DNA of 63,161 nucleotides, the filler included, from Pseudovirgaria hyperparasitica (taxonomy: Eukaryota): the NCBI GenBank assembly GCA_010093815.1. It is 4 parts of 4 records of this genome, joined end to end, with 100 filler letters (N's around TTAATTAATTAA, not from the genome) between each part and the next. Parts side by side here need not be neighbours in the genome. Positions count along the whole stretch, not along the records: positions 1 to 25,963 come from ML996612.1; positions 26,064 to 39,893 come from ML996613.1; 2 more parts are not named here. The stretch is one strand, 5' to 3'. Below the pieces are notes generated by a model. It was not told the DNA's origin. It searched no databases and saw only the letters and a list, made by a program, of their open reading frames with translations. Position 1 is the first letter of the stretch. Every line of letters begins with the position of its first letter. Positions 24,531-36,157 of the stretch are shown in pieces. The position numbers were made by a program, and so were the translations under genes.

Positions 24531-25121
24531 TATGTTGGGCTACTTGCCTGTAGATTGATGCACTAAGTATGCAAGCCCCCAGTATCGTGAGACTGCCCTT
24601 CATGGAGCTCCTCATAGCACGTGGAATTGTCCTACATTATTACTTGGCGAAATGGTATACAGATGCCTTGGGCTATCCTTAATAAAGGATTTAATATAGA
24701 TGTTAATTATCAGGGAGGCCCAACCACACATCTTTGAAATGTAACCCCTGCTGGTGGGAGAGCCATGTTATTGTCATTTTAGAGAAGAATAGCATGAAAT
24801 TTCCTAGTAGCGCAATTCGAACAGTAAAGAAATACAAACGCGTTGCTAGGTCCCGACCCCTGTGTCTACTTTTGTTTTTCACGGACCAGTGAGCAACCCA
24901 CGCCCAACACTACGAAGATATCTTGCCTGTTCTGTATCACCTCTGCTATTAGCGCCGTAGCTTTGAGTTGGTATACTCTGAACGACCGTCAGAAGCACCC
25001 CCATAACGATCCTTTTCAAAATTTAACGATTCTCGCGTGGCCCCTTTGACTTACGGGCTCATCTGGCGCTTTCTGCGAAGTAGCTTCCCCATATTACTCG
25101 CCCCGAAATACATAACTTCGT

Positions 25122-25936
25122 ATGTCTCTGACCGGTCAACACACCGTCATTTGGTTGCCTTCTTCACCACTCGATATGTTTGACACAGCCAAACCTATTC
25201 CATGTCCGTATGGCAAGGCTGTCCCTTCTCCGGGCCTGCTACATACGTTCGCCCTTGTCTGTTTTCCGTTCTGTCTGTTCGTCGTCTACAACAGCATTAC
25301 GGCACTAACGCCCCAGTGGAAAAGCTACGGTCCCTTATTCTTAAGTTCTGCCAGCGTCATCTGTATCATTATAGAACTCTCCTCGAATCATGAGGCAGAA
25401 CTTAGCCAGGCACTATTATCAATCAGCAGTGTATTCCTACATCTATACGATGTAAGTCTACTTATTCATTCGTACTCCACGAGAATAGACTTTAACAATT
25501 TCGTAGTTTTTCTGGCTATTTCTGATGTTTAGCCCCGATTACTTCCACATGACGTTTCCTACTTGTATAGTATCTAACGTTGGAGTGTGTGTTGTCTCGT
25601 AAGTTTTTCTTTTATAGTGGTTAGTACATCGTTTAATGCCTCAGGATCTTGGTACTACTAAAAGTACTGTCGTATGAGTGGGCCCGCTCCTGCTGCATTT
25701 GGCAGACAGCATTCTACAGCTTTGCTGCCTTCTGGTGTTGGATGTCTTGGTCTCAGAGGTCGGGCATCCACACGCTCCACACGCCACCTTACAACATAAT
25801 GCTCATCAGATGCTTCGTATACATTGGGGTGTCTGTAGTCGCACTGATACTCGCTGTGTTCAACATTCAAGCTGTGAGGAGCCTTATGAGTGCCATAGAA
25901 TTTGCTAATCTCCTAGAAGGGATTAATTCTAGCTAG
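25122..25936 (+). CDS. Putative multi-exon multi-pass membrane protein
   Basis: Hydrophobic ORFs 25122-25532 and 25649-25936, with GTAAGT donors at ~25452 and ~25599. Confidence 0.4.
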
Positions 25937-25963
25937 TGTCTCCTCATTATGTCCTTCCGTCTT

Positions 25964-26063
25964 NNNNNNNNNNNNNNNNNNNNNNNNNNNNNNNNNNNNN
26001 NNNNNNNTTAATTAATTAANNNNNNNNNNNNNNNNNNNNNNNNNNNNNNNNNNNNNNNNNNNN
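25964..26063. other. Artificial contig linker (N-run, TTAATTAATTAA, N-run)
   Basis: 100-nt spacer with stops in all six frames. The same spacer occurs three times. Confidence 0.97.
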
Positions 26064-26725
26064 AAGACGGGATGCCGACAATGTCTCACTTCCACCCGAA
26101 TATGAACGCCAGTCGATCAATAGACCGCGGATCCACAACACCCTGACAGCTCGATCAAGTATTATGAACAAGCGAGAAAAGCTGCATCTCTCCGCGACCT
26201 CGTTGGTCATAGCTTTGCCTCCCAGATACAAGACAATGCTGAGATTGGGTGGTATGTCATATATGTAATGCGCACGACCCGTGTGTTGGTTTTCTACTTG
26301 GTGGACCGATTGCCAGCTTCATACAGCCTTGGTGTGGGTTGAGTTGGCACGGGGTGTACATCTTGAGATCTTCGTACAGACTTGCATCGACGTTTCTCGT
26401 GCGGCTCATGCATTGAGCTACATGGCTTGCGCTGTGACCGGCATATCCACAGCGCCACCGTGACCACACTTTGAGCTTGAATTTAAGCGAGGTCCGAGAC
26501 GTGTAAAGTTTCGGTGCGATTCGAATCAGTACTGAGCAGTGGTGCTGCTGTGCGCATATTGCTTGTTAGTACGTAGAAGTCCTGTCCGACCGTCAGCCAT
26601 GCGAAAGTTCTCTTGCACCGATCGTCTTGCCGCTGCGTATTCATACATGTGCTGCTTCGGAGGCGCGGTCATGCTCCCTCCGACTAACATGAGGGTCGAA
26701 AAGGATTATCAAAGCTATATATGGT

Positions 26726-27268
26726 AGCCCTATGTAGCCCCACTTCTAGCTGAGCAAATATACTTGATTACCGTGCGAACCATGTCCAGATTGGGACTCC
26801 AATCTTTTAATGGTCCGTCAGGACTGGACCCATCCGGATTCAGATATGGCGATCTCCCGCCAAGCATATATGACAGGTCGCCGTACCTACCTTGACCTTC
26901 CTTGATCACGTCTCCACGCAGGTGTTCATGCCTGCGGCAATGCAATAGAAAGTGACGTGTGTCTTCTCTCCCTTGACTGCATTCGCACTGATCACTCTCT
27001 TCGATTGCAATCTTCTTCAGAAACGATCGTAGCTTGACATGTGCTCCGGGTAGTGCTGTGTCTATTTGTTTTAGATGTCTCCCCGACTTCCACTCCTGTT
27101 GCGGTAGTTCCTCTGCGGTACATTTCTTGAGTAATGACACTGCCATTGCGCGGAAACGACCTTCGAGTCCTTCGTCGTTGTCTTTGCTGCTGCGTCTGCC
27201 TCGTCGTGTCCCTGTATGCCTGAGTGCGACGGGACCCATGCGAGATCAATCGCCTCGCCTTTATATGG
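26726..27268 (-). mobile_element. Truncated, internally deleted LINE (Tad1-like) ORF2 fragment
   Basis: RNase H motif WVPSHSGIQGHDEADAAAK and the C-terminal CCHC motif CECSQGREDTRHFLLHC. ATGGT flanks both sides. Confidence 0.8.
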
Positions 27269-28019
27269 ATGGTGTAGTGCGATATGATCCTGCACTAGTA
27301 CAGACACGCTAGCCCAGGGTAAAGCTGCTCTTGGCAACAGATTGTTGCCAAGAGCGGCTGAAGGAGGACGAGCTCTGTAATCCGATTGGTCCGAATAAAT
27401 ACAAGCATGCGCTGCGATCCCATGTCCCAGGAAGTCTTGGGCGAGAACCTGTCGATGAAACCAATTTGATTACTTTCTTCCTACCTCATTATGTTCGACC
27501 GTACCTATGGCGATGATTTTTGGAAAGGGTTGGATATCATAATAATACAGATGAGAATAATGTTGCAGATGGCATTAATGCATCTCAGCGTGTCAGCATG
27601 CCTTCAGAAAATGGCGAATGTGACCTACACGGCTAAGTGTGCCATTTAATGATCCTTGCGCTTTGTAAAACCTAGATCCATCCGCTCTGGAGCCGCTGAT
27701 AATTACCCAGGGTGGACAAGTGTCCGTGGGGATGACCAGCGTCCATGTCTTGAGGTTGTTGTGCAGGTTCCTGGCTCGGCCTATAAGAGGAGCTATCGGT
27801 CTTTCGTAACTGGTCTTCTGAGGCGAAGACTCTGCCACCTACCTCCAGACTCTCGGCACATCATACCGGACTTTCCAAGCATTAATCGTACCAACATGCT
27901 CTCGCAATTTTCTGAAATCAGTATGGCAGAAAGGAGCATCCGGAATAGCGGAAGCTCAAGGAGTAAGAAGGCCTAGGCGAGATGTTAGATCACCAAGTAA
28001 CAAATTCGCAGGCGACCTG

Positions 28020-28841
28020 ATGAGTTTAAAGGCCATTCTCGTTCACGAACCATCCTCCACTATTTCTAGCGGACGCGAAGTGGACATAGCAAGTCCGGTA
28101 CCTGCCCATCATCCAATTTCATCTGAGCGAACAACGATCCTAGCGAGTTTCAAACATCGTGAACTTCCTAACGCGCAATGCGAGAGAGATCGACCGGTTC
28201 CGAATCCACCGGCAACTCTTCCTGGCCAGGCAAATTATGAAAGAACTGAAAGCCTAGGGCGCACCGAGCTCGACTCACAGACCAGTGGATCGTCATTTTC
28301 ACAAAAAACTGACGACAACTCAGTCTACAGTTTTCAAGACGACCTCTCGTATCCAGTCGTTACCTCAAATCCAGGGCATCTTCAAGCACCAATCGCATCG
28401 GCGGGTGCTGCTGTCGGCCTCCTTCCGTTTCCAGATGCTAATCATCGCACGAAAAGTCGCACTTCATCTAACATCCAGTTGCAAGATAGGACTGATAGCG
28501 GTCTTGCCTTTGGCGGTGACTATGAGCACTATACTAGATTAGATAAATATGGTCGAGCATATCAAATCCCAGTCGAGATTAAGTCGGGTTCGAAACAGGC
28601 CGATGATAGACGGAAACGGAACGCAGGCGCCTCGGCTCGTTTTCGCCAACGACGGAAAGCGAGAGAGAAGGAACTTGCATCAAAATTGGATGCTGCCTCC
28701 AAAGAAGTAGAGGCTGCTCGGGCAACCATAGAGGATCTCAAATGCCGTTTGGACCAGGCGCTGGAGGACAAAGAATTCTGTCGACAAAAGTCAGCCACTT
28801 TAGAAATTCGAGAAGTGACCAGAGTCACAAAAGACATCTAG
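28020..28841 (+). CDS. bZIP transcription factor
   Basis: Basic region DDRRKRNAGASARFRQRRKARE followed by a heptad zipper. Confidence 0.85.
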   Translation: MSLKAILVHEPSSTISSGREVDIASPVPAHHPISSERTTILASFKHRELPNAQCERDRPVPNPPATLPGQANYERTESLGRTELDSQTSGSSFSQKTDDNSVYSFQDDLSYPVVTSNPGHLQAPIASAGAAVGLLPFPDANHRTKSRTSSNIQLQDRTDSGLAFGGDYEHYTRLDKYGRAYQIPVEIKSGSKQADDRRKRNAGASARFRQRRKAREKELASKLDAASKEVEAARATIEDLKCRLDQALEDKEFCRQKSATLEIREVTRVTKDI

Positions 28842-29009
28842 GGAGACTATAATCGATTCATCCTCAGTCACCGCTGGGTCTATCGCCAGTATGAAGATAT
28901 CAATATATTCGCATAACACATAGAAGAAATTAACCCCATCGATCAAGCTACGTGGGTGAAATTACGTGTAATGAGTTGAGTGAGGAATGTGCGGATAATG
29001 AGGGCTACT

Positions 29010-29830
29010 TATCTAATTTATTAAAGAATAAAGGTACCTAGACATAAGCTATATAGGAATTATAGCCTCTACTAGTCCCCCTCTTTATATAGGAAGACGT
29101 TACTATAGATTTTATAGTTAACTTACCTCTAAGCGAGATACTTAGAATAAGTCATAATTCAATTCTTATTATCGTGGATAGACTTATAAAGATATCTAGG
29201 TATATCCCGGTGTAGAAGACGATTATATTAAAAGAACTAGCATAAGTATTCTAGAATGAGATTATTAAGGTCTATAGTATACTAAAAAGGATTATTATAG
29301 ATTAAGGAAGTATGTTTACGTCTAAATTCTAGACGTCTTTCTACAAATAGCTAGTATAAATAGAAATATATCTATAGTATTCCACTTATAAATAGATAGC
29401 TAGATAGAGTAATAGACTAGACGCTCGAGGCCTACCTTCGTGCATTCTATAATTTTAAATAGAATAACTAGGCCTCCCTACTAAGTATAGTAGAATTTAT
29501 ATATAATAGTCTAAGGATAGGTTTTAAACCTTATACGGTCTAATTCGATTAAATAATAGATATTAATATCCACGCTTAGGAACTAGTGATTAAAATCTTC
29601 GAGACCGCACGTAATTATCACGTAATAATCTAGTAAGCGAATAAGTAATATCTATAATATATAAACGTCACGGGTAAATAAAAAGCTAGATTATAAAATA
29701 GCTAGTCCCTTCCGAGTTAAATAAAAGTCTATAATATATTCCACGTATTATTACTTAAAAGGTGTCGACCTAATATATATAATCGTATAAATATATAATT
29801 ATACTCTATTATACCTTAAGATAGACTAGA
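29010..29830 (+). mobile_element. RIP-degraded Ty3/gypsy integrase fragment
   Basis: ILIIVDRLIKISRYIP, IID*GSMFTSKF* and a degraded HPQTDGQTE..QTLEAYLRAF motif in TA-rich sequence. Confidence 0.8.
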
Positions 29831-29895
29831 TATTGAAGGCGCTGATCATCTGGGAGAATGTACTAACAAGGCCAACAGGACCAGAACTACCCCAT

Positions 29896-30124
29896 TCCGA
29901 TTCGCGTAACGCCAAAACTATTCGAGACTTGCCCCCGTTCCAAGAAGTTGAAATTTCAGAGAAGAGATAGGGTAGCCGATGATGTGATTGTGACAGAGGG
30001 ATGATAGGCTATGTACAATACAGATCACTTCACGAACAGTACGCGAGTAGTCCACGTGACGTACGTGACGTGCCATTCGGGGTCCGCATCGCCATGAATT
30101 TGGGAAACAAATGTATGAGCAGCA
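29896..30124. repeat. Inverted diverged copy of 46920-47152
   Basis: Reverse-complement alignment over ~230 bp. Confidence 0.85.
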
Positions 30125-30286
30125 TTGCTAGGCTACGAAGCAAATACGTGATGCTATCGAGGTAGCAGTGGGTTTGGGGGGTAGAGCGGTTTCATCGACG
30201 AATGCGTGGAAGCGGGTTGGATATGCTACTGACTGCTCACGTACGTATAGATACCACCTTCAACCTGCAGATGCTTTCGCTTGTCC

Positions 30287-30460
30287 TCAACAGAGCTTCC
30301 TCGCACGAGCATTAGCGAAATATACTTGTGCTTGACGGACACTTAGATCGGTGAGCGCAGCAAGCTCTTGACTCTCCTGCCTAGTAAGATATGGGTCTGC
30401 GAGCCGGTGCGTGAATAGGATAGCCTGCGCGTTGTGCGGAAAGTTCTTGCATGGCAGGTT
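30287..30460 (-). pseudogene. Homeodomain (TALE-like) fragment
   Basis: Manual translation KNFPHNAQAIL..DPYLTRQESQELAALTDLSVRQAQVYFANARARKLC*. It is not in the ORF track. Confidence 0.75.
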
Positions 30461-31149
30461 ATGTGATCTTGATGTGATCTTGATAAGGCAAAAATAGAGC
30501 GCCAGAGTTATCAGTGATGTCTGCTATGTAGGCTGGGATGCTTTTATGTTTATAAGGCTAGTGTGAGTGATAAGACGGTTGTGGAGTGGCTGAGCCCAAT
30601 CGTTTTGGCTGCTTGATCTGTCTGTCTGATTGGTCCAAGAGCAATATGGGCGCCTGGATTCTGATTATAGTAGCGGTACCTGAGAGTTGAGGGAGCAACG
30701 AAGTGGAATACAGCTGAAGTAGTGTCTGATTCACAATATAGCTAACAGAGACCTGGAACTCTGATAGTTGTGCGCTTTGAATGTTAAGTGTTTGGGGGCT
30801 TGAAAAGCGGTCGTAAAATTGTCGCATGCTAACCTCCACAAAACGTGGCACTGGCATCAACTATGGGACTGGAAGTCGCGGCTGCATGTTCTCAACCTCC
30901 TCATGGTGTGTATGAGAGCCGATTGGCTAGCGAACGGTAGGTGGAAGCACCTTGCATATTTGTATCAATGGTGCAGCCAGCCCCTACAGGCTAAAAGAGT
31001 ACAGTGTGATATCAAAAGCGGATGTGACGGACATAGCGTTGCAGAGATGGAGTGCTTGTCTTAGGGGTTGCTGTTTTAGGATTGAGGCTGTCAGATCGAC
31101 TGAAGATAGTGACCGTTCTCCGAATGAACATGGCGTGCAGGAAAATCCC

Positions 31150-32583
31150 CGGAGTGATGAGTCCAACTGAAACATACATTGACTGGATGATGTCGTTGAT
31201 GATAGCACGAGAAAGAATCCTAGTGACTCAGGTTCTAGGAAAACGACGGATCTCCGGGTCTTCTTGTATCCAGGTGAACCTTTCCCCATCCGGCTCCTCG
31301 CCATCTTCCAACACTACACGCGGCACAAGTGTAGGGCTGCCGTACCCATACAATTTCTCAATCTCTGCATCTGTATATGCTGGATTAATGCATAGCATCC
31401 TTAATGGAAGCCGCATTTGTAAGAAACGCCGAGCTTTTCCAAGTGATTCTTCGATATCCTTGTGGGATATGTGGCCATAAAACGCGCATGCGCCAGTCAG
31501 ACGGAAGCTTCGAAGCGTAGGGTGTTTTGGGTATCGCAGGAGATGGAGCCACTGATGTATTTTTAACTTCGTTGCAACACATGTCTACCATAGTTTGACT
31601 TACAAGCCCCCAAAAGAGCAAGTGTACCCACTCAATCCCAAACTGCGCGCTCTCCGGTCCAAGGTTGGCAATACTCAGATCTAAATACTCCAGAGACTGA
31701 CACTCGTACACCACGGACCATGCTTCGCTGCATAAAAAATTTAGGTGCTGGTTAGATGTAAGTTCGAAGTGTCTAAGACTCTTCGAATGTTGCCGTATGT
31801 AGTTCGGTCTCACTCGATTAGTAGACTCCTGATAATTGAGCCCTAGTTTATGAAGACCACGAACTCTCTCAAGAAATCCTTCAATAGCACTTATAGTTGA
31901 TGCAGTATCACTGTAATGCAAACAACATTCGAACTCGTCCATGCGCGTAGCAGGTGGTATCTGGCTCAGGAATCGCGCAACGCCAGTGCAGCGCATGATC
32001 TGGATGGATTTGAGCTGGTTAACAACTCTATGCAACTCAGTAAAACATTGTAAGTCGGGCATCGATGTCTTGCCTAGTACCATAAAAGAGCGAGACACTT
32101 GGCGGCAAGATAGCTTGTAACCAAGCACTCGAACTACGTAGTCGTCTCCTGACATCAATGTGCTGAATAGTCCGATGGTTGTTCAGTACATTCCGCAGAA
32201 ATACCTCGTCGACTGTGGGAATCGAAGAATCAATGTAGACAGCTTCGATCGAGTTCGGGACACATCTTTGTACGTAAGATGTAGCGTGGTCCCAAGAGAT
32301 AAGATCTGTGTCCCGGTGAATACAGAGTGTTTGACGAACGAATCGGGATAGTGACAAAGTCTCTATTGCGTGTAGAGGAGTGGCCAAGTCTAACTGTACT
32401 CGGAAATGTACAATCCTTTTGACTTCATCGTCCATCCTCCTGCAGACAAGTCTTACTTCGCAGAGGTTATTGATTGTGAGCTACTAGTATTAGACTACGT
32501 CCGCGACTCTAGAAAGAACCTACGTGGTTTAGCAAGTCAAGGATGAGCTCTGACGGTAAATTTAGCAACATTCTCTCAGGCAT
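31150..32583 (-). pseudogene. F-box protein with LRR-like region, probably frameshifted
   Basis: MLLNLPSELILDLLNH|LTINNLCEVRLVCRRM across an intron at ~32482-32523. Downstream ORFs switch frame near 32160 and 31280. Confidence 0.65.
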
Positions 32584-32980
32584 GTAACAATAATTGTCGC
32601 AGATCTCTGTAACTGATTTACTTATGAGAGGATGCAGTCTAAATATATAGATAGCCTTCAAACGGGAATCGGAACCGTGGCGAGATGCGATCCACGACTT
32701 TTGCAGCCCTGGGCGTAGGGATTAAAGAAAATATACGTTTTTAAGAATCAGAGAAAAAGCTACAGACGGATCCATCCATGAATCCGGATGGTCGTATGGA
32801 TCCATCGCTCACATGGTCATCACTCGCACGGGAACTATTATGACTAACCTCCTTATCATGACTTTCATACGGATGATCATAAGCCGTCGGTCTGTTACTG
32901 CGCCGCAGCCACAATCTTTGCAGGGACCTGGACGTCTGCCGCTCTGACCATGAATCGTGCGAGGAATGAAAGGCCGAATA

Positions 32981-34169
32981 AAGTCGCGTAAAGGTGTCCG
33001 ATTCGGGTAGGATGACTCGATAGAACCTCTACCACCACCTCCTGGGCCACGGCCACGTATATCTACGTCGAAGGCGCTCTAGAATAGTATAGAGAAGGCA
33101 TTAAGGGCTACGAAGATAGCGACGAGGCGTAAAAAAGGACCGAATCTTGAAGCTACTGCTTCAAGGGTGGAGCACACTGCTTATATATGACTGCTGCACA
33201 CATGTATAATCAACTGGCAGGCCACGTGCCTGACAGTAAGACACCTCCTTAGACACGAGTCGTGGAAACCTTTAGTAGTCTAGCATAACCAGGACGTCAC
33301 TAGGTAGATATAGTACTATCCGCTCTTGAATGGCGTAAAGAGATAGAGACTTATAATAAGACGAGGGCTGGGATACGCGAATTAAGACTATACGTAGATA
33401 ATAACTACTATACTTACCGCTATATTAAGGAGATGACTCAGCCTGGAACTGCTTATTATAAAGCCGCGAAGACAGCAGGTGTTCTACTTAGTATCTGACT
33501 AGATACACGTCTATATCTTCGTAAGTATAAGGAGTAACTTAAGGTAAGCGAGGTAGCGTCCTCGCTCTAGGCGTTTACTATAACTAGCATAACTAGTATT
33601 TAGATAGGGATGGTATGGTGTTTCTTAGAGTGTATTTAGGAGTATATTTAATGAGAAAATTAGATGGAGGCGTCGAGCTAGAGCACCAAAAGGACAGACT
33701 CTAACTAAGATTGGTACTCTTAATCGAGGACCTACGTATAGCGCCTGTGGAGCTTATTACGGCTAATAGTTTTATTTACTATTAGATAAAGGACTCTATA
33801 TATATGTCCGTTTTAGGCACTCTAGAGCGGATAGTACTATATCTACCTAGTGACGTCCTGGTTATGCTAGACTACTAAAGGTTTCCACGACTCGTGTCTA
33901 AGGAGGTGTCTTACTGTCAGGCACGTGGCCTGCCAGTTGATTATACATGTGTGCAGCAGTCATATATAAGCAGTGTGCTCCACCCTTGAAGCAGTAGCTT
34001 CAAGATTCGGTCCTTTTTTACGCCTCGTCGCTATCTTCGTAGCCCTTAATGCCTTCTCTATACTATTCTAGAGCGCCTTCGACGTAGATATACGTGGCCG
34101 TGGCCCAGGAGGTGGTGGTAGAGGTTCTATCGAGTCATCCTACTCGAATCGGACACCTTTACGCGACTT
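32981..34169. repeat. Foldback structure: ~346-bp near-perfect inverted repeats around a ~500-bp spacer
   Basis: 32981-33326 is the reverse complement of 33824-34169, with one mismatch seen. Confidence 0.92.
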
Positions 34170-34815
34170 AGGAGGCATGATAGGAGGCGTAAAACAGTCG
34201 AAAAAAACACCAACATATGGCTAATATCGTATAATACTAATATATAATAGGTATTTTAATAGACATGCAAGTGTTCGGCGACAATGCCGTAAAATGTCAT
34301 CTACATATAAAAACGCGTGTTGGTGACATGGGCGTGCACAGGCTGCCAAGCTTTTCCATGTAACTATGGATATACGGATCTAGGGCGAGACTAAGGGGTC
34401 GAATGCCTGCAACTCAGCCGTAGTTTTGATCCCATGAGATTCCATTGGCCACCTGATGCAGGCGGAGATGCCGAGTTGGCTGGGCTTGGTGCGGAAGAAC
34501 GCGCGTCTAGAATTCACGTGCCTGTATTAAGAAGATATCTCCCCAAACAGAGTATTATATTAAGTCTCACATTATGCCACTGTTGTGGACGAACTATATA
34601 TCGTGATAATTTTATATCCCAGCTATGTCATTACAAGTTGAGGATACAAGATAACGTATGCATTAGTGCCTAGCGTCTAGAGACTCGCGACTCATTAAGG
34701 GCGGCGGAAATATGTTTGGAGCTTGGGCTGGAGCACCGACCCGGGTCATAGGAATTGGTAGCAGATATGATAAAGATCTGTCAGAATATCAGCCCAAATA
34801 TAAGGCATGAGGATG

Positions 34816-34928
34816 TTGGCCGATCAATCTTCGACCACATTATATTATGTAAGCAAGCTGATAACTGCATATCGGCGGATAAGACTTGAGAGTTGGATTG
34901 AGGCCTTGATGCCTGAGATCATGTTTAT
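34816..34928 (+). repeat. Diverged copy of 2131-2246 (3' part of the Zn2Cys6-like remnant)
   Basis: Shared TATTATGTAAGCAAGCTGATAACTG.ATATCGGCGGATAAGACTT..ATTGAGGCCTTGA. Confidence 0.75.
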
Positions 34929-35671
34929 AAAAGAAGCCGACTTCTCCATGAAAGGAGGAGCAATCAATCAAGGAACATTCTTCCCACGATTTCCAGCTGC
35001 AACGTTCCCCGCAGTACGACCACACGCAACTATGGTTTGGAAGACGTCTTGCTGTCACAATTGCAGATAGTTCGCAAGCTATTCTGGTCCGAATTATACA
35101 GCACAGCTAAGCATGTGAATTGATGGGCAGCAAATGGAGCAGAGGGTAGCAGGAAAAAGTTCAACCATGCGATTGGTTCGATTCCGTCTTGAGGCCTGAC
35201 GGCGCAGAATTGTAATTTGAGGATCCATGGGTGTTGTATTGCGGCGGTTGGTTCCGGTTGCACGGAGCGGCCATGGAGCTCTCGCTCTTTACTGCCACGT
35301 TGTAAAGCTCGAGACTGCCCGATTTCTTATTCAGACTATAAATACCATAAGATTGATGTACTTGGGAAGACTATTGGGGAGTAGCGTACCCTGGAAACGG
35401 ATGGTCTCGTACACCAGACGTCCCGGACGGCCTGTTCCTTTTCGAGCATTTCTGAAAATGACGCTTAAGGACATCACTTCGCGAGAAGGCCCCCTCGCAA
35501 AGATTGCATTTATATGGTTGCTCGCCTGTATCTTAAGCTGTTTAAGCAAATAAACGAAAGTAATAATATAAAAGAAGGATACCTCCGAAGTCATCTTTAA
35601 GAATACGACGACACGCAAATTATGCCCATGACGGACTTATGTAGGCCAACGGAAACGAATACGCAAGTAAC

Positions 35672-36061
35672 TTTGATGGGCCATATGGCAGTCCTTATGA
35701 CCTCGGGAATTACGATAAAGCCATATTCTTTGCGCAAGGAATTGGGATTGCTGCACATCTCCTAACCATTAAAAGTCTACTCTACGCCAACAATCGATTG
35801 ACAGCTCGGATTAGACGCCTCACTCTTATATGGTTTCTAGAAGACAAAGGTAAACTCAAATTCGGAAAGGAAAACGAAAGTTAACGCGTCGTAGGTCAAA
35901 GAGAATTGGTTGATACCTATCTCAATGAGCTTCTAGATCTCGATGACAAAGAGAAGAGACATATATTCAACGTCTGCTTATATGCACCATACGAAGCTGA
36001 GTGCGATGTGCAGGAGGGACGTAGAGGGCTCTACGTCATGCATGAAAAGCTAGATTTTTAA
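35672..36061 (+). pseudogene. Ferric-reductase-like (FRE) NAD-binding fragment, Starship-type
   Basis: Manual translation FDGPYGSPYDLGNYDKAIFFAQGIGIAAHLLTIKSLL..RIRRLTLIWFLE with an intron at ~35850-35894. No N-terminal transmembrane part is present. Confidence 0.8.
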
Positions 36062-36157
36062 AGGAACTATGGTGAAAATAAAAAAAACTTTAAAACGCCC
36101 TGACACCGCGTGTATTCCTTCTTTTCGTTTGGTTGTAAATCGCATTCTCGCAGGCCC

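Noticed and set aside
25964..26063. TTAATTAATTAA palindrome recurring three times
   Set aside because: It is embedded in fixed-length N runs and is a standard six-frame-stop contig linker, not biology.
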